64,000 nucleotides of DNA from Gammaproteobacteria bacterium (GTDB taxonomy: Bacteria; Pseudomonadota; Gammaproteobacteria; Ga0077536), in NCBI GenBank assembly GCA_024235015.1, contig JACKNG010000003.1, positions 280,397 through 344,396 of the forward strand, given 5' to 3'. The notes beneath the pieces were generated by a model. The model saw nothing but the letters and a program-made list of their open reading frames with translations, was not told where the DNA came from and did not search any database. A program made the position numbers and the translations under genes. The first letter of the stretch is position 1. Each line of letters begins with the position of its first letter. Of this stretch, positions 33,187-44,183 are shown in pieces.

Positions 33187-33844
33187 CGTGCAGGACCTCC
33201 AGCAGGATACGCAGGGCGACCGCCAGCGCGCCCGCGCCGACGGCGGCATTGAGCACGCGTTCGAGCGCCGCACCGCAACGCCGTGCGGCGATGCTGGCGC
33301 CGCCGAGCAGGGTCGCGATGGTGAGCATGGCAACGACCACGCCGAGCGAGAAGCACAGCAGGTAGGCGCCGGTGAACCAGGGGTCCAGGCGCGCGGCGAG
33401 CGGGATCAGCGCGATCACGGGCGCCGCGCCGGCCAGGCCGTGGAGCACGCCGAGCACGACGATGCCGCGCGAACCGCGCGCCGCGGCGAGGCGGCGATGC
33501 AGGGCCGTGTGGCCGGCACTGCGTCCGCGCAGCGCGCCGGCGACCAGCCACAGGCCGAGGCCGGCCAGCAGCGTCGCCACGCAGACCTCGGCGGCCGTGC
33601 CGAGCAGTTGCGGGAAGCCGAGGCCGAGCGCGGCCAGCACCACGCCGCTCAGCATCACCGCGAGCCCGTGCCCCAAGGACCAGCGCAGGCCGTAACCGAG
33701 CGCCGTGCGCGGCGCAGCACCGCGCCGTGTGCAGGCCGTCACCGTCATCACGTGGTCGGCGTCGCAGGCATGCACCGCCCCGAGCACGAGACCGATGCCG
33801 GCATGGGCCAGCGGACTGCCGGCGGCGAGGGTGAGGAGTTCCAC
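33170..33844 (-). CDS. HupE/UreJ-family nickel transporter-like membrane protein
   Basis: N-terminal AHAGIGLVLGAVHACDADH (His-x-Asp-His signature) followed by 5-6 TM helices. GTG start at 33844; overlaps the ureD start. Confidence 0.55.
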   Translation of the reverse strand: MELLTLAAGSPLAHAGIGLVLGAVHACDADHVMTVTACTRRGAAPRTALGYGLRWSLGHGLAVMLSGVVLAALGLGFPQLLGTAAEVCVATLLAGLGLWLVAGALRGRSAGHTALHRRLAAARGSRGIVVLGVLHGLAGAAPVIALIPLAARLDPWFTGAYLLCFSLGVVVAMLTIATLLGGASIAARRCGAALERVLNAAVGAGALAVALRILLEVLHDVGAA

Positions 33845-33861
33845 CGTGCGCCCTGCCCTGC

Positions 33862-34556
33862 TCACACCGTCAGGTAGCGCTTGACGGTGTCCTCGTCGAG
33901 CGCAGCGGTGGGCATTGCCGCGACCACCCGGCCGCGATCGAGGATGACGAAGCGATCGGCGACGCGGCGCGCGAAGGGCAGCTTCTGCTCGACCAGCAGC
34001 ACGGTCAGGCCGAGTTCGCGGTTGAGGCGCACGATGATGTCGCCGATCTCGTGGACGATGTTGGGCTGGATGCCCTCGGTCGGCTCGTCGAGCACCAGCA
34101 GGCGCGGTTCGAGACACAGCGCACGACCGATGGCGAGCTGCTGCTGCTGGCCACCGGAGAGATCGCCGCCGCGACGGCCGAGCATCTGCTTCAGCACGGG
34201 AAAGATCTCGAACACCAGCGACGGGATCTCGCGGCTGCCGTCGCGCCGCGCGGCGAGCGCGATGCGCAGGTTCTCCTCCACCGTCAGCAGCGGGAAGATC
34301 ATGCGCCCCTGCGGCACGTAACCGAGGCCGGCCCGGGCACGCGCCTCGGCCGGCAGGCGGGTGATGTCCGCGCCGGCGAAACGCACCGCGCCGGAGGCCA
34401 CCGGCAACAGGCCCATCACGCAGTTGAGCAGGGTCGTCTTGCCGACGCCGTTGCGGCCGGACAGGCACACGCAGGCGCCGTCCGGCACGTCCAGGGAGAG
34501 ATCCCACAGGGTGTGGCTCTCACCGTAGAACTGGTTGAGTGCGGCGAGTTCGAGCA

Positions 34557-34557
<1 letters not shown>
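33862..34557 (-). CDS. urtE: urea ABC transporter ATP-binding protein UrtE
   Basis: LivF-like ATPase (GRNGVGKTT Walker A, LSGGQQQQLAIGRAL, LLVLDEP); last gene of the urtABCDE order. Confidence 0.85.
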
Positions 34558-35371
<814 letters not shown>

Positions 35372-35375
<4 letters not shown>

Positions 35376-36439
35376 CGCGCCTCCCCCCGGTTGCGCAGCA
35401 GGCCGGCCAGGCCGCGCGGCAGCAGCAGCGTGGTGAGCACGAACAGGGCGCCGAGCGCGAACAGCCACACCTCGGGCAGCACCGCGGTGAACGAGGTCTT
35501 GGCGTAGTTGACCAGCACCGCGCCGGCCGCCGCGCCCCACAGCGTGCCGCGCCCGCCGACGGCGACCCAGATCACCAGTTCGATCGAGTTGAGCGGCTGG
35601 AACTCGCTCGGGTTGATGATGCCGACCTGCGGCACGTAGAGCGCACCGGCCAGCCCGGCCAGCACCGCCGAGAAGGTGAACACCCACAGCTTGTAGTTCT
35701 CGACCCGGTAGCCGAGGAAGCGCGCGCGGTTCTCGGCGTCGCGTACCGCCACCACCACGCGGCCGAGACGCGAGCCGGTGATGTGGCGACAGGCGACGTA
35801 GGCGATCGCCAGCAATGCCGCGCTGGCCAGGAACAGGCTGACGCGGGTGGCGTCGGCCTGCAGGTCGAAGCCGAGCAGGTCCTTGAAGTCGGTCAGGCCG
35901 TTGTTGCCGCCGAAGCCCATCTCGTTCCTGAAGAAGGCCAGCATCAGGGCGTAGGTCAGGGCCTGGGTGATGATCGACAGGTACACCCCGGTGACGCGCG
36001 AACGGAAGGCCAGCCAGCCGAACACGAAGGCGAGCAGGCCCGGCGCCAGCGCGACCATCACCAGCGCGAACCAGAACATGTCGAAGCCATGCCAGTACCA
36101 CGGCAGGCGCTCCCAGTTGAGGAAGACCATGAAGTCCGGCAGCAGCGGGTTGCCGTACACGCCGCGCTCGCCGATCTGGCGCATCAGGTACATGCCCATG
36201 GCGTAGCCGCCGAGGGCGAAGAAGGCACCGTGGCCGAGGCTCAACACGCCGCAGTAACCCCACACGAGGTCGAGCGCCAGGGCCAGCACGGCGTAGCACA
36301 GGTACTTGCCGAGCAGGGTCACGGTGTAGGTCGACACGTGCAGCGGCGAATCGGCGCCGATGCCGAGGTTGGCCAGCGGCACCACCAGCGCGGCGAGCAG
36401 CAGCACGCCGAGCATGACGGCGCCGCCGCGGTCGTTCAT
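35372..36439 (-). CDS. urtC: urea ABC transporter permease UrtC
   Basis: LivM-like permease; overlaps the urtD start. Confidence 0.8.
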
Positions 36440-36642
36440 GAGCCAGCGCGTGATCAAGGCTCAGAGCCTGCGCAGGAAACGCCCGCCGTCGCGGGACGAT
36501 TCCCGAATGACGCGGGCAAGGCGTGGGGGTGCACGGAATCGTGCGCGTAGCCGCGCTTCGTCCGCGACTTGGGGGTCCCCACGATCCCGCCAGGGGCGTT
36601 CAGGGGACGTCGGGGCAGGTGCGGTGATTGCTTCACGGGCTC

Positions 36643-38271
36643 TCAGCTCTCGGCCGCGCGACCGCGCTGCGGAAACAGGCCGCGCGGGCGCTTCTGGATG
36701 AACACGATGATGAACACCAGGACCAGGATCTTGGCCATCACCGCGCCGGCCCAGGGTTCGAGGAACTTGTTGGCGACGCCGAGGCCGAGGCCCGCGACGA
36801 GCGTGCCCCACAGGTTCCCCACCCCGCCGAACACCACCACCATGAAGGAATCGACGATGTAGGCCTGGCCGAGGTTGGGCCCGACGTTGGTGAGCTGCGA
36901 CAGCGCCACCCCGGCCACCCCGGCGACCCCGGAACCGAGACCGAAGGTGAGCGCGTCGACGCGCGCCCCGCGCACGCCGATGGCGCGCGCCATGGCACGG
37001 TTCTGCGCCACCGCGCGCACTTCCAGGCCGAGCCGGGTGTAGCGCAGTACGGCCATCAGCGCGGCGAACACGATGAGGGCGAAGGCCATGATGTAGAGCC
37101 GGTTGTAGGTCAGCGAGAGCACGCTGTTGAGTTCGAGCGAGCCGCTCATCCAGGCCGGCGTCGCCACCGAACGGTTGAGCGGCGAGAAAATGGTACGTAC
37201 TGCCTGCTGCAGCACGAGGCTGACGCCGAAGGTCGCGAGCAGGGTCTCGAGCGGCCGCCCGTAGAGGAACCGGATGACGCCGCGCTCGATGGCGATACCG
37301 ACCAGGGCGGCGACCAGGAAGGCCGCCGGCACCGCAACCGCCAGTGACCAGCCGAGGTGGTTCGGCATGGCGAGCTGGACGACGTAGGTGGTGTAGGCGC
37401 CGAGCATGATGAGCTCGCCGTGGGCCATGTTGATCACGCCCATCACGCCGAAGGTGATGGCAAGCCCGATCGCGGCCAGCACCAGCACCGAGCCGAGGCT
37501 CAGGCCGAAGAACACCATCTGCAGGAATTCGTAGGTCGCGATGCGGTTCTCGATCGAGGCCAGGGCCGAACTCGCCGCCGCCTGCAAGGCCCGCGGCGCC
37601 TCCGGGTCCTCGGCGATCGCGGCCAGGCGGCCGCGTGCGACCGGGTCGAGCGAGCCGCGCAGCACGGCGATGGCGGCGGTCTGTGCGTCGTCGTCGCCCT
37701 GTTCGAGGTCGTAGAGGGCAATGGCGGTATCGAGCGCCGCGCGCACCCGCGCGTCCGGCTCCGACCCGCGCAGGCGGTCGAGCACGGCACGGCTGTCGCC
37801 ATCGAGGTGGCCGGCCATGGCCTCGACCGCGGCGCGCCGGGTGGCGGCGTCGGGGTTGTCCAGCGCGGCTTCGGCGATGAACCCGCGCAACTGGGTGCGC
37901 AGGGCGTTGTTGATGCTGAGGCGCGCGAGCTTGCGCTTGCCGACCGTGCCCAGCACCGCGCCGCTCAGTGCATCGGTGATGGCGTAGCCGCCGTCGGCAT
38001 CGTCGGCCAGCACGAAACGGTCGTCGGCCTTGGCGCGCATGAGGCGCCCATCGAGCAAGGCCTGCAACAGGCCGGCGGCGCGCGGATCGCGGGTGGCGGC
38101 AATGGCCTCGACGGCGCGCGCCTTGGCGTCGAAGCTGCGGGTGTCGAGCCCGGCGAGCGCGGCGGCGAGCGCATCGTCACCGGCGCGGACCGCCGGCGAC
38201 GCCACGAGCAGGGCGACGACGAGGACGACGAGGCCGGCCAGCGTGAAGTCCGCCGTGGCAGCGCCGTGCAT
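36643..38271 (-). CDS. urtB: urea ABC transporter permease UrtB with long N-terminal periplasmic extension
   Basis: C-terminal LivH-like permease core. An Ala/Asp-rich periplasmic extension of about 270 aa (possibly HEAT-like) sits N-terminal to it, as in long-form UrtB. Start ATG 38271; alternative at 38307. Confidence 0.75.
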   Translation of the reverse strand: MHGAATADFTLAGLVVLVVALLVASPAVRAGDDALAAALAGLDTRSFDAKARAVEAIAATRDPRAAGLLQALLDGRLMRAKADDRFVLADDADGGYAITDALSGAVLGTVGKRKLARLSINNALRTQLRGFIAEAALDNPDAATRRAAVEAMAGHLDGDSRAVLDRLRGSEPDARVRAALDTAIALYDLEQGDDDAQTAAIAVLRGSLDPVARGRLAAIAEDPEAPRALQAAASSALASIENRIATYEFLQMVFFGLSLGSVLVLAAIGLAITFGVMGVINMAHGELIMLGAYTTYVVQLAMPNHLGWSLAVAVPAAFLVAALVGIAIERGVIRFLYGRPLETLLATFGVSLVLQQAVRTIFSPLNRSVATPAWMSGSLELNSVLSLTYNRLYIMAFALIVFAALMAVLRYTRLGLEVRAVAQNRAMARAIGVRGARVDALTFGLGSGVAGVAGVALSQLTNVGPNLGQAYIVDSFMVVVFGGVGNLWGTLVAGLGLGVANKFLEPWAGAVMAKILVLVFIIVFIQKRPRGLFPQRGRAAES

Positions 38272-38502
38272 CGGCAGGGTGGAGCAGATGGCGTGGCGCG
38301 AACCCATGCCCGCGAAGGGAGCACACTCCGTGCCAAAGATGGTGCACATGCAGCTTTGCGCCTGGATTCGTCGATTGCTGATCTCGCGCCACGCGCGAGG
38401 TGGTGCGGCGGCGCGCCGAATTCGCGCAGGGCCGCCGGCTCGTGCACCGCGCGGGTGCGCCATCCCTGGCGCGTCGTGATTCCGTCCCCCCGGCGGCAGA
38501 CC

Positions 38503-38533
38503 GGGCCGCCCGCCATCCCTGGCCGGGCGGCCC
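38503..38533 (-). other. intercistronic GC-rich stem-loop downstream of urtA (no U-tract)
   Basis: GGGCCGCCCG (38503-38512) pairs with CGGGCGGCCC (38524-38533) around an 11-nt loop. Sits in the 290-nt urtA-urtB spacer. Confidence 0.4.
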
Positions 38534-38564
38534 GCTCGTCACCGCGCGGATGCGCCGTGCGGGA

Positions 38565-39854
38565 TCAGTAGTTCTGTCCCGAGCACTTGCCGGTCTTGAC
38601 GTTGTAGTTGCCGCAGGCCAGCGGCACGCGCCAGTCGGCGATGATGTCCTTCGAGCCCTCGAGGTAGTCCGACCAGGCGTCGCCGACCACGGTGCCGGCG
38701 GTCGACCACACGGTGACGAACTGGCCGTCGTCCTGGATCTCACCGATCAACACGGGCTTGGTGATGTGGTGGTTCGGCATCATGGTGGCGAGCCCCCCGG
38801 AGAGGTTGGGCACGGCGACGCCGATGATGGCGTCCTGGACCGCCTTCGCATCCGTGGTACCGGCCTTCTTCACCGCCTCGACCCACATGTTGAAGCCGAT
38901 GTAATGCGCTTCCATGGGATCGTTGGTCACGCGATCATCGTTCTTGATGAAGGCGTGCCAGGCGTCGATGAAGGCGTCGTTGGTCTCGTCCTCGACGCTC
39001 ATGAAGTAGTTCCATGCGGCGAGGTGGCCGATCAGCGGCTTGGTGTCGATGCCGGACAGCTCCTCCTCGCCGACCGAGAACGCCACCACCGGAATGTCCT
39101 CGGCCGACACGCCCTGGTTGCCGAGTTCCTTGTAGAAGGGCACGTTGGCGTCACCGTTGATGGTCGAGACCACCGCGGTCTTCTTGCCCGCCGAGCCGAA
39201 CTTCTTGATGTCGGCCACGATCGACTGCCAGTCGGAGTGCCCGAACGGCGTGTAGTTGATCATGATGTCGTCCGCCGCCACGCCCTTGGCCTTGAGATAG
39301 GCTTCCAGGATCTTGTTGGTGGTGCGCGGATAGACGTAGTCCGTGCCCGCCAGCACCCAGCGCTTCACGCCGAGTTCGTTCATCAGGTAGTCGACCGCGG
39401 GAATCGCCTGCTGGTTGGGCGCGGCACCGGTGTAGAAGACGTTCTTGGATGACTCCTCGCCCTCGTACTGCACCGGGTAGAAGAGCAGCGAGTCGAGTTC
39501 CTCGAACACCGGCAGGACCGATTTCCGCGACACCGAGGTCCAGCAGCCGAACACCGCCGCGACCTTGTCCTTGGCGATCAGCTCACGTGCCTTCTCGGCG
39601 AACAACGGCCAGTTCGAGGCCGGGTCGACGACCACCGCCTCGAGCTGCTTGCCGAGCAGGCCGCCTTTCTTGTTCTGCTCGTCGATGAGCATGAGCATGG
39701 TGTCCTTGAGCGTGGTCTCGCTGATCGCCATGGTGCCGGACAGCGAGTGCAGCACGCCGACCTTGATGGTGTCGTCGGCGGCCTGCGCCGGCGCCAGGCT
39801 GGTCAGCAGGGCGGCGCCCAGGGCGGCCGTGGTGATGCGCTTGAGTATCGTCAT
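38565..39854 (-). CDS. urtA: urea ABC transporter substrate-binding protein UrtA
   Basis: Signal peptide; UrtA/amide-binding family (CWTSVSRKSVLPV, YPVQYEGEESSKNVFYTGAAPNQQ). Confidence 0.85.
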   Translation of the reverse strand: MTILKRITTAALGAALLTSLAPAQAADDTIKVGVLHSLSGTMAISETTLKDTMLMLIDEQNKKGGLLGKQLEAVVVDPASNWPLFAEKARELIAKDKVAAVFGCWTSVSRKSVLPVFEELDSLLFYPVQYEGEESSKNVFYTGAAPNQQAIPAVDYLMNELGVKRWVLAGTDYVYPRTTNKILEAYLKAKGVAADDIMINYTPFGHSDWQSIVADIKKFGSAGKKTAVVSTINGDANVPFYKELGNQGVSAEDIPVVAFSVGEEELSGIDTKPLIGHLAAWNYFMSVEDETNDAFIDAWHAFIKNDDRVTNDPMEAHYIGFNMWVEAVKKAGTTDAKAVQDAIIGVAVPNLSGGLATMMPNHHITKPVLIGEIQDDGQFVTVWSTAGTVVGDAWSDYLEGSKDIIADWRVPLACGNYNVKTGKCSGQNY

Positions 39855-39908
39855 GGTGCATTTTTCTCCGTGATGATCTTCTTCGTGGTGGTTGCTGTGC
39901 CGCTGTCG

Positions 39909-41141
39909 TTACAGCTGCAGCTGGAAGGCGATGCGGAAGGCATCGATGCTGCGGCCGGCGGCGGTGGGCGAATAGTTGAGCCCCTTGGTGGCGATGTCGC
40001 CGTGCTGCCAGAAGGCCGAGACGCGGGCGTTGTGGCCGTCGATGATGTAGTTGACCCCGACTTCGACCTCGTCACGATCGGCGCTGCCGTTCGGCATCAC
40101 CTCGGTCCAGCGCACGTAGGGCTGCAACTTGCCGATACCGACCGTCTGCGGGAACAGCAACAGCGCCGCGACGGAGTAGGAATCGCCGTCGAAGGTGCAG
40201 AAGCAGTCCGGGTCGGCAAAGGCGGCCTTGGCGTAGTCGGCGTTGAAGTTCTTGTACTCGCCGTTGAGCGTCACGACGTGCTTGCTCTCGAGCACGCCCT
40301 CGTAGAGCAGGTCCGCGCTGAAGCCGAAGTAATCGCCCGGGTTGAGGAAGGAACCGGAACCGTCCTCCTGGTACTGGCCGACCAGGCCGATGGTGAAGAT
40401 GTCGCCGGCGGTGCCGTAGTAGGTGCCTGAGGTGTAGTAACCCGGGTTCTTCTCCACGCCGAGGAAGTTGTAGGCGATGCGCCCCGCCCACATCAGGTTG
40501 TCGTCCTGGTTGGGGCCGAAGCCGGCCGCCGATTCGAGACCGTTGAACACGCCGAAGACGTACTGCAGGCGCCCTTCCGGTGCGATCGCGCCCCACACGT
40601 TGACGCCGTGGTCGCGGGCGTAGACGCCGGCGCCGCCGGTGCCGAAGTCGACGCTGAAGTCGGACGGCGTGAAGGGCGTCTTGTAGGCGTCCCAGGTGGT
40701 CGAGTAGTAGGGACCGTTCAGCTCCTGGCGCTCGGCCGGCACCAGCAGGCGTCCGGCCCACACGTTGAACGCCGGGCTGAACTCGAACTTGGCGATGGCG
40801 TCGAGCACCACCCATTCCTCGTGCGCCGCGCCGGAGCCGCTGTTGCCGCAGAACACGCATTCGGTGTTGAGCTCGAACTTGATGTACTTGTGGATCTGGC
40901 CGTTGAGGTAGAGACGCGCGCTGTTGAGGTTGAAGTCGTCCGACCAGTCACCGTTGGGCGCCTGGTCCTCCGCGGTGCGGAAGTCGGCGCGCGCGCCCGC
41001 GCCCAGGCTCAGCCACTTGGTGTCGTCGATCTTGATCGTGGCCCCTGCCACCGCACCCTGCGCCACGCAGGCCAGCACCACTCCCGCCACCGGCGCCAGC
41101 CATGCGGCCATCCGCCCATTGCGATGCATCTTGGTCATCAC
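39909..41141 (-). CDS. outer-membrane porin, FmdC-like (short-chain amide/urea porin) candidate
   Basis: Signal peptide and beta-barrel composition (alternating aromatic/Gly-rich segments), ending in a C-terminal AFQLQL. Located immediately upstream of urtA, as fmdC is. Confidence 0.55.
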   Translation of the reverse strand: MMTKMHRNGRMAAWLAPVAGVVLACVAQGAVAGATIKIDDTKWLSLGAGARADFRTAEDQAPNGDWSDDFNLNSARLYLNGQIHKYIKFELNTECVFCGNSGSGAAHEEWVVLDAIAKFEFSPAFNVWAGRLLVPAERQELNGPYYSTTWDAYKTPFTPSDFSVDFGTGGAGVYARDHGVNVWGAIAPEGRLQYVFGVFNGLESAAGFGPNQDDNLMWAGRIAYNFLGVEKNPGYYTSGTYYGTAGDIFTIGLVGQYQEDGSGSFLNPGDYFGFSADLLYEGVLESKHVVTLNGEYKNFNADYAKAAFADPDCFCTFDGDSYSVAALLLFPQTVGIGKLQPYVRWTEVMPNGSADRDEVEVGVNYIIDGHNARVSAFWQHGDIATKGLNYSPTAAGRSIDAFRIAFQLQL

Positions 41142-41201
41142 CGTTGTTCTCCTTTGCTGGAAACTCGCCCGCGCCGCTTCGGCGGGGCACCGTGATGCGC
41201 T

Positions 41202-41219
41202 GCAGCAAGAAGCAGGCCA
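41202..41219 (-). promoter_or_regulatory. sigma-54 (-24/-12) promoter candidate for porin-urt-ure transcript
   Basis: Minus strand reads TGGCCTGcttcTTGCT, giving GG-N10-GC. About 60 nt upstream of the porin ATG at 41141. Shares the CCAAGGCG context with the promoters at 46520 and 48813. Confidence 0.5.
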
Positions 41220-41277
41220 AGGCGTTAACTACCTGTTATTCCTTCGGTTAATGGAATTCCCCGGCGATCGCATTCGG

Positions 41278-41291
41278 ATTTATGCACTAAA
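41278..41291 (-). promoter_or_regulatory. conserved upstream motif TTTATGCACTAAAC (putative enhancer-binding-protein site), copy A
   Basis: Lies about 75 nt upstream of the -24 element. Near-identical motifs are at 46596-46609 and 48889-48902, at matching positions relative to the other two sigma-54 promoters. Confidence 0.45.
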
Positions 41292-41430
41292 CGAAACGGC
41301 GCGCGCATGGCGCTGCACCGCGGCCGCCCGGCGCGCTGACGGCAGACATGAAAAGCGCCCCGGAGGGGCGCTGGCGCGGTCGGCGGCGACGGTCTCGCGG
41401 GCCACGGCGGTGGCCCGCGGGGGGCGCGGC

Positions 41431-42120
41431 TCACACGGCGAGGTAGCGGCTGACGTGGGCGGCGTCGACCTCGCCCCGGGCCCCCTCGTAGACGATCGCA
41501 CCGCGCTCGATGACGGCGATGCGGTCGGCCACGTCGAGGGCGAAGTGCAGGACCTGCTCGGAGACGATGATGGTGAGTTCGCGCATCTTGCGGATCTCCT
41601 TCAGGACCCGCGCGATGTCCTTGATGATCGAGGGCTGGATGCCCTCTGTCGGTTCGTCGAGCAACAACACGCGGGGTTCGGAGACCAGCGCGCGGGCGAT
41701 GGCGAGCTGCTGCTGCTGGCCGCCGGAGAGATTGCCGCCCTTGCGGTTGCGCATCTCGAACAGCACCGGGAACAGCCCGTAGATGTCGTCCGGGATCTTC
41801 TTCTCGCGCGCGGTCTCGAGGCCGGTCTCGATGTTCTCGCGCACCGTCAGCGAGGGAAAGATCATGCGTCCCTGCGGCACGTAGGCGATACCGTTCTCGA
41901 CCCGCCGGTGCGGCGCCATGGCGGTGACGTCGATGCTGTCGATGGCAACCTGCCCGCCGCGCGCGGGCAGGATGCCCATGAGTGCCTTGAACAGGGTCGT
42001 CTTGCCCATGCCGTTGCGACCGAGCACGGCCACGATCTCGTTGTGACCGACATCCATGTCGAGGCCGCGTATGACCTGGCTCTGGCCGTAGGCGACGTCG
42101 AGCTTGCGAACTGCGAGCAT
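41431..42120 (-). CDS. second UrtE-like ABC ATPase (amide/urea transporter, FmdF-like)
   Basis: Paralog of urtE (GRNGMGKTT, LSGGQQQQLAIARAL). Confidence 0.8.
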   Translation of the reverse strand: MLAVRKLDVAYGQSQVIRGLDMDVGHNEIVAVLGRNGMGKTTLFKALMGILPARGGQVAIDSIDVTAMAPHRRVENGIAYVPQGRMIFPSLTVRENIETGLETAREKKIPDDIYGLFPVLFEMRNRKGGNLSGGQQQQLAIARALVSEPRVLLLDEPTEGIQPSIIKDIARVLKEIRKMRELTIIVSEQVLHFALDVADRIAVIERGAIVYEGARGEVDAAHVSRYLAV

Positions 42121-42155
42121 ATCGTTACCTCTCGCGCTGGGTGGGATGGATGGGA

Positions 42156-42908
42156 TCAGTGGCCGAGGTAGACCTCGATCACCTTCTCGTTGCTCTTGAT
42201 CTCGGACATCGGCCCTTCCGCCAGCACCTGGCCCTGGTGCAGTACCGTCACGCGGTTGGCGATGCGCTCGACGAACTCCATGTCGTGCTCGATGACGATC
42301 ACCGCGCGGTCCCTGCAGATGCGCTTGAGCAACTCGGCGGTCTGCTCGCGTTCCTTGACGCTCATGCCGGCCACCGGCTCGTCGAGCATGAGCAGTTCGG
42401 GATCCTGGATCAGCAGCATGCCGATCTCGAGCCACTGCTTCTGGCCGTGGCTGAGCAGGCCGGCCTCGAGGTCGAGGCAATCGCCGAGGAAGATGCTCTC
42501 CGCGATCTCGCGGATACGCGCGTCGATTGTCTCGTCGACGTGGAAGAACAGGGCGCCGAACACGCCGCGCGCCGCGGGGTAGGACACCTCGAGGTTCTCG
42601 TACACGCTCAGGTTCTCGTAGATCGACGGGGTCTGGAACTTGCGCCCGATGCCCTCGCGCACGATGCGGTGCTCGGGCAGGCGGGTGATCTCGCGGTTCT
42701 TGAATCGAATCGAGCCGTCCGAGGCCGCGGTCTTGCCGCAGATGAGATCGAGCAGGGTGGTCTTGCCCGCGCCGTTCGGCCCGATCACCACGCGCAGCTC
42801 GTTGTAGTCGACGTAGGCGGTGACGTCGTTGACCGCCTTGAAGCCGTCGAAGGACACCGAGAGGTTCTCGATGGCGAGCAGGAAGTCGGTATTGCTGGAC
42901 GCAGTCAT
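42156..42908 (-). CDS. second UrtD-like ABC ATPase
   Basis: Paralog of urtD (GPNGAGKTT, LSHGQKQWLEIG). Confidence 0.8.
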   Translation of the reverse strand: MTASSNTDFLLAIENLSVSFDGFKAVNDVTAYVDYNELRVVIGPNGAGKTTLLDLICGKTAASDGSIRFKNREITRLPEHRIVREGIGRKFQTPSIYENLSVYENLEVSYPAARGVFGALFFHVDETIDARIREIAESIFLGDCLDLEAGLLSHGQKQWLEIGMLLIQDPELLMLDEPVAGMSVKEREQTAELLKRICRDRAVIVIEHDMEFVERIANRVTVLHQGQVLAEGPMSEIKSNEKVIEVYLGH

Positions 42909-42934
42909 GGCGGGTGCTCCTGGTACGTTCGCGG

Positions 42935-44134
42935 TCAGCGGTCGGTGCCGGTCGGTGCATGCGGCAGGGCGGCGTCGGCGCTCGCCGACGCCGCCGGCGG
43001 CGCGGGGTCGCGCGCCGCGAGCGCGCCCGTCCTCGTGACCGCGGCCAGCGGTGGACGGCCGAACACCCGGCGCAGGCGCTCGCTGCGGATGAGGCCGGCG
43101 AGGCCGTCGGGGAAGGCCATCACCACGCCGATGAACAGGGCGCCCATGAGGAACAGCCACAGCTCGGGGAAGGACTCCGAGAAGGCGGTCTTGCCGTAGT
43201 TCACCAGCAGGGTGCCGTAGACCGCCCCGATCAGGGACACGCGGCCGCCGACGGCGGCGAAGATGACCATCTCGATCGAGGGCACGATGCCGACGAAGGA
43301 CGGTGACATGAAGCCGACCTGCAGGGTGAACATTGCCCCGCCGATGGCCGAGAACAGGGCCGCGACGCAGAACACGAAGATCTTGAAGTTGGAGACGTCG
43401 TAGCCCGAGAAACGTACCCGGTCCTCCTTGTCCTTGAGCGCGAGCAGCAGCTTGCCGACCTTGCCCGAGAGGATGTAGCGCCCGGCCACGATGCAGGCCA
43501 GCAGCAGCGCCGCGTTGAGGAAGTAGAGCAGGTACTTGGCGCCGTCGCTGCGGATGTCCCAGCCGAGCAGGGTGCGCAGGTCGGTGATGCCGTTGACCCC
43601 GCCCGTCAGCCCCTGCTGGCCGATGATCAGGATGGTCAGGATGGCCGCCACCGACTGCGTGATGATGGCGAAGTAGACCCCGGTGACGCGGCGCTTGAAC
43701 ATCGCCACGCCGATGAGGAAGGCGAACAGGGTCGGTACCGCCAGGATCGCGAACAGGGTGAAGGCGAAGCTCTCGAACGGCACCCAGAACCACGGCAGCT
43801 CGGTGAGCTGGTTCCAATCCATGAAGTCAGGGATGCCGGGGGTCGACTGGATTGCCGTGGTCACCGGGTCCGAGGCTTCGAGCTTGAGGAACATGGCCAT
43901 GCAGTAGCCACCGAGGCCGAAGAAGATGCCCTGGCCGAGGCTGAGGATGCCGCCGTAGCCCCAGCACAGCACGAGGCCGACGGCGACGAAGGCATAGGTC
44001 AGGTACTTGCCGACCAGGTTGAGACGGAAAATGTCGAGGGTCAGCGGCATCACCACCAGGAGCACCGCGGCCAGCACGAGCAGGGCGGCGAGATCCGAAC
44101 GGCTACCGACGAGACGACGGGTCAGGGTAATCAT
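42935..44134 (-). CDS. second UrtC-like permease
   Basis: LivM-like permease, paralog of urtC. Confidence 0.75.
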   Translation of the reverse strand: MITLTRRLVGSRSDLAALLVLAAVLLVVMPLTLDIFRLNLVGKYLTYAFVAVGLVLCWGYGGILSLGQGIFFGLGGYCMAMFLKLEASDPVTTAIQSTPGIPDFMDWNQLTELPWFWVPFESFAFTLFAILAVPTLFAFLIGVAMFKRRVTGVYFAIITQSVAAILTILIIGQQGLTGGVNGITDLRTLLGWDIRSDGAKYLLYFLNAALLLACIVAGRYILSGKVGKLLLALKDKEDRVRFSGYDVSNFKIFVFCVAALFSAIGGAMFTLQVGFMSPSFVGIVPSIEMVIFAAVGGRVSLIGAVYGTLLVNYGKTAFSESFPELWLFLMGALFIGVVMAFPDGLAGLIRSERLRRVFGRPPLAAVTRTGALAARDPAPPAASASADAALPHAPTGTDR

Positions 44135-44183
44135 GGCGTGGATTCCTCCGCGGCGAAGACGTTGACGGCAGTGGTGGGTGCGC

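Noticed and set aside
39855-39908. Independent promoter for urtA in the 54-nt porin-urtA spacer
   Set aside because: No -24/-12 or -35/-10 match was found; urtA is more likely co-transcribed with the porin gene.
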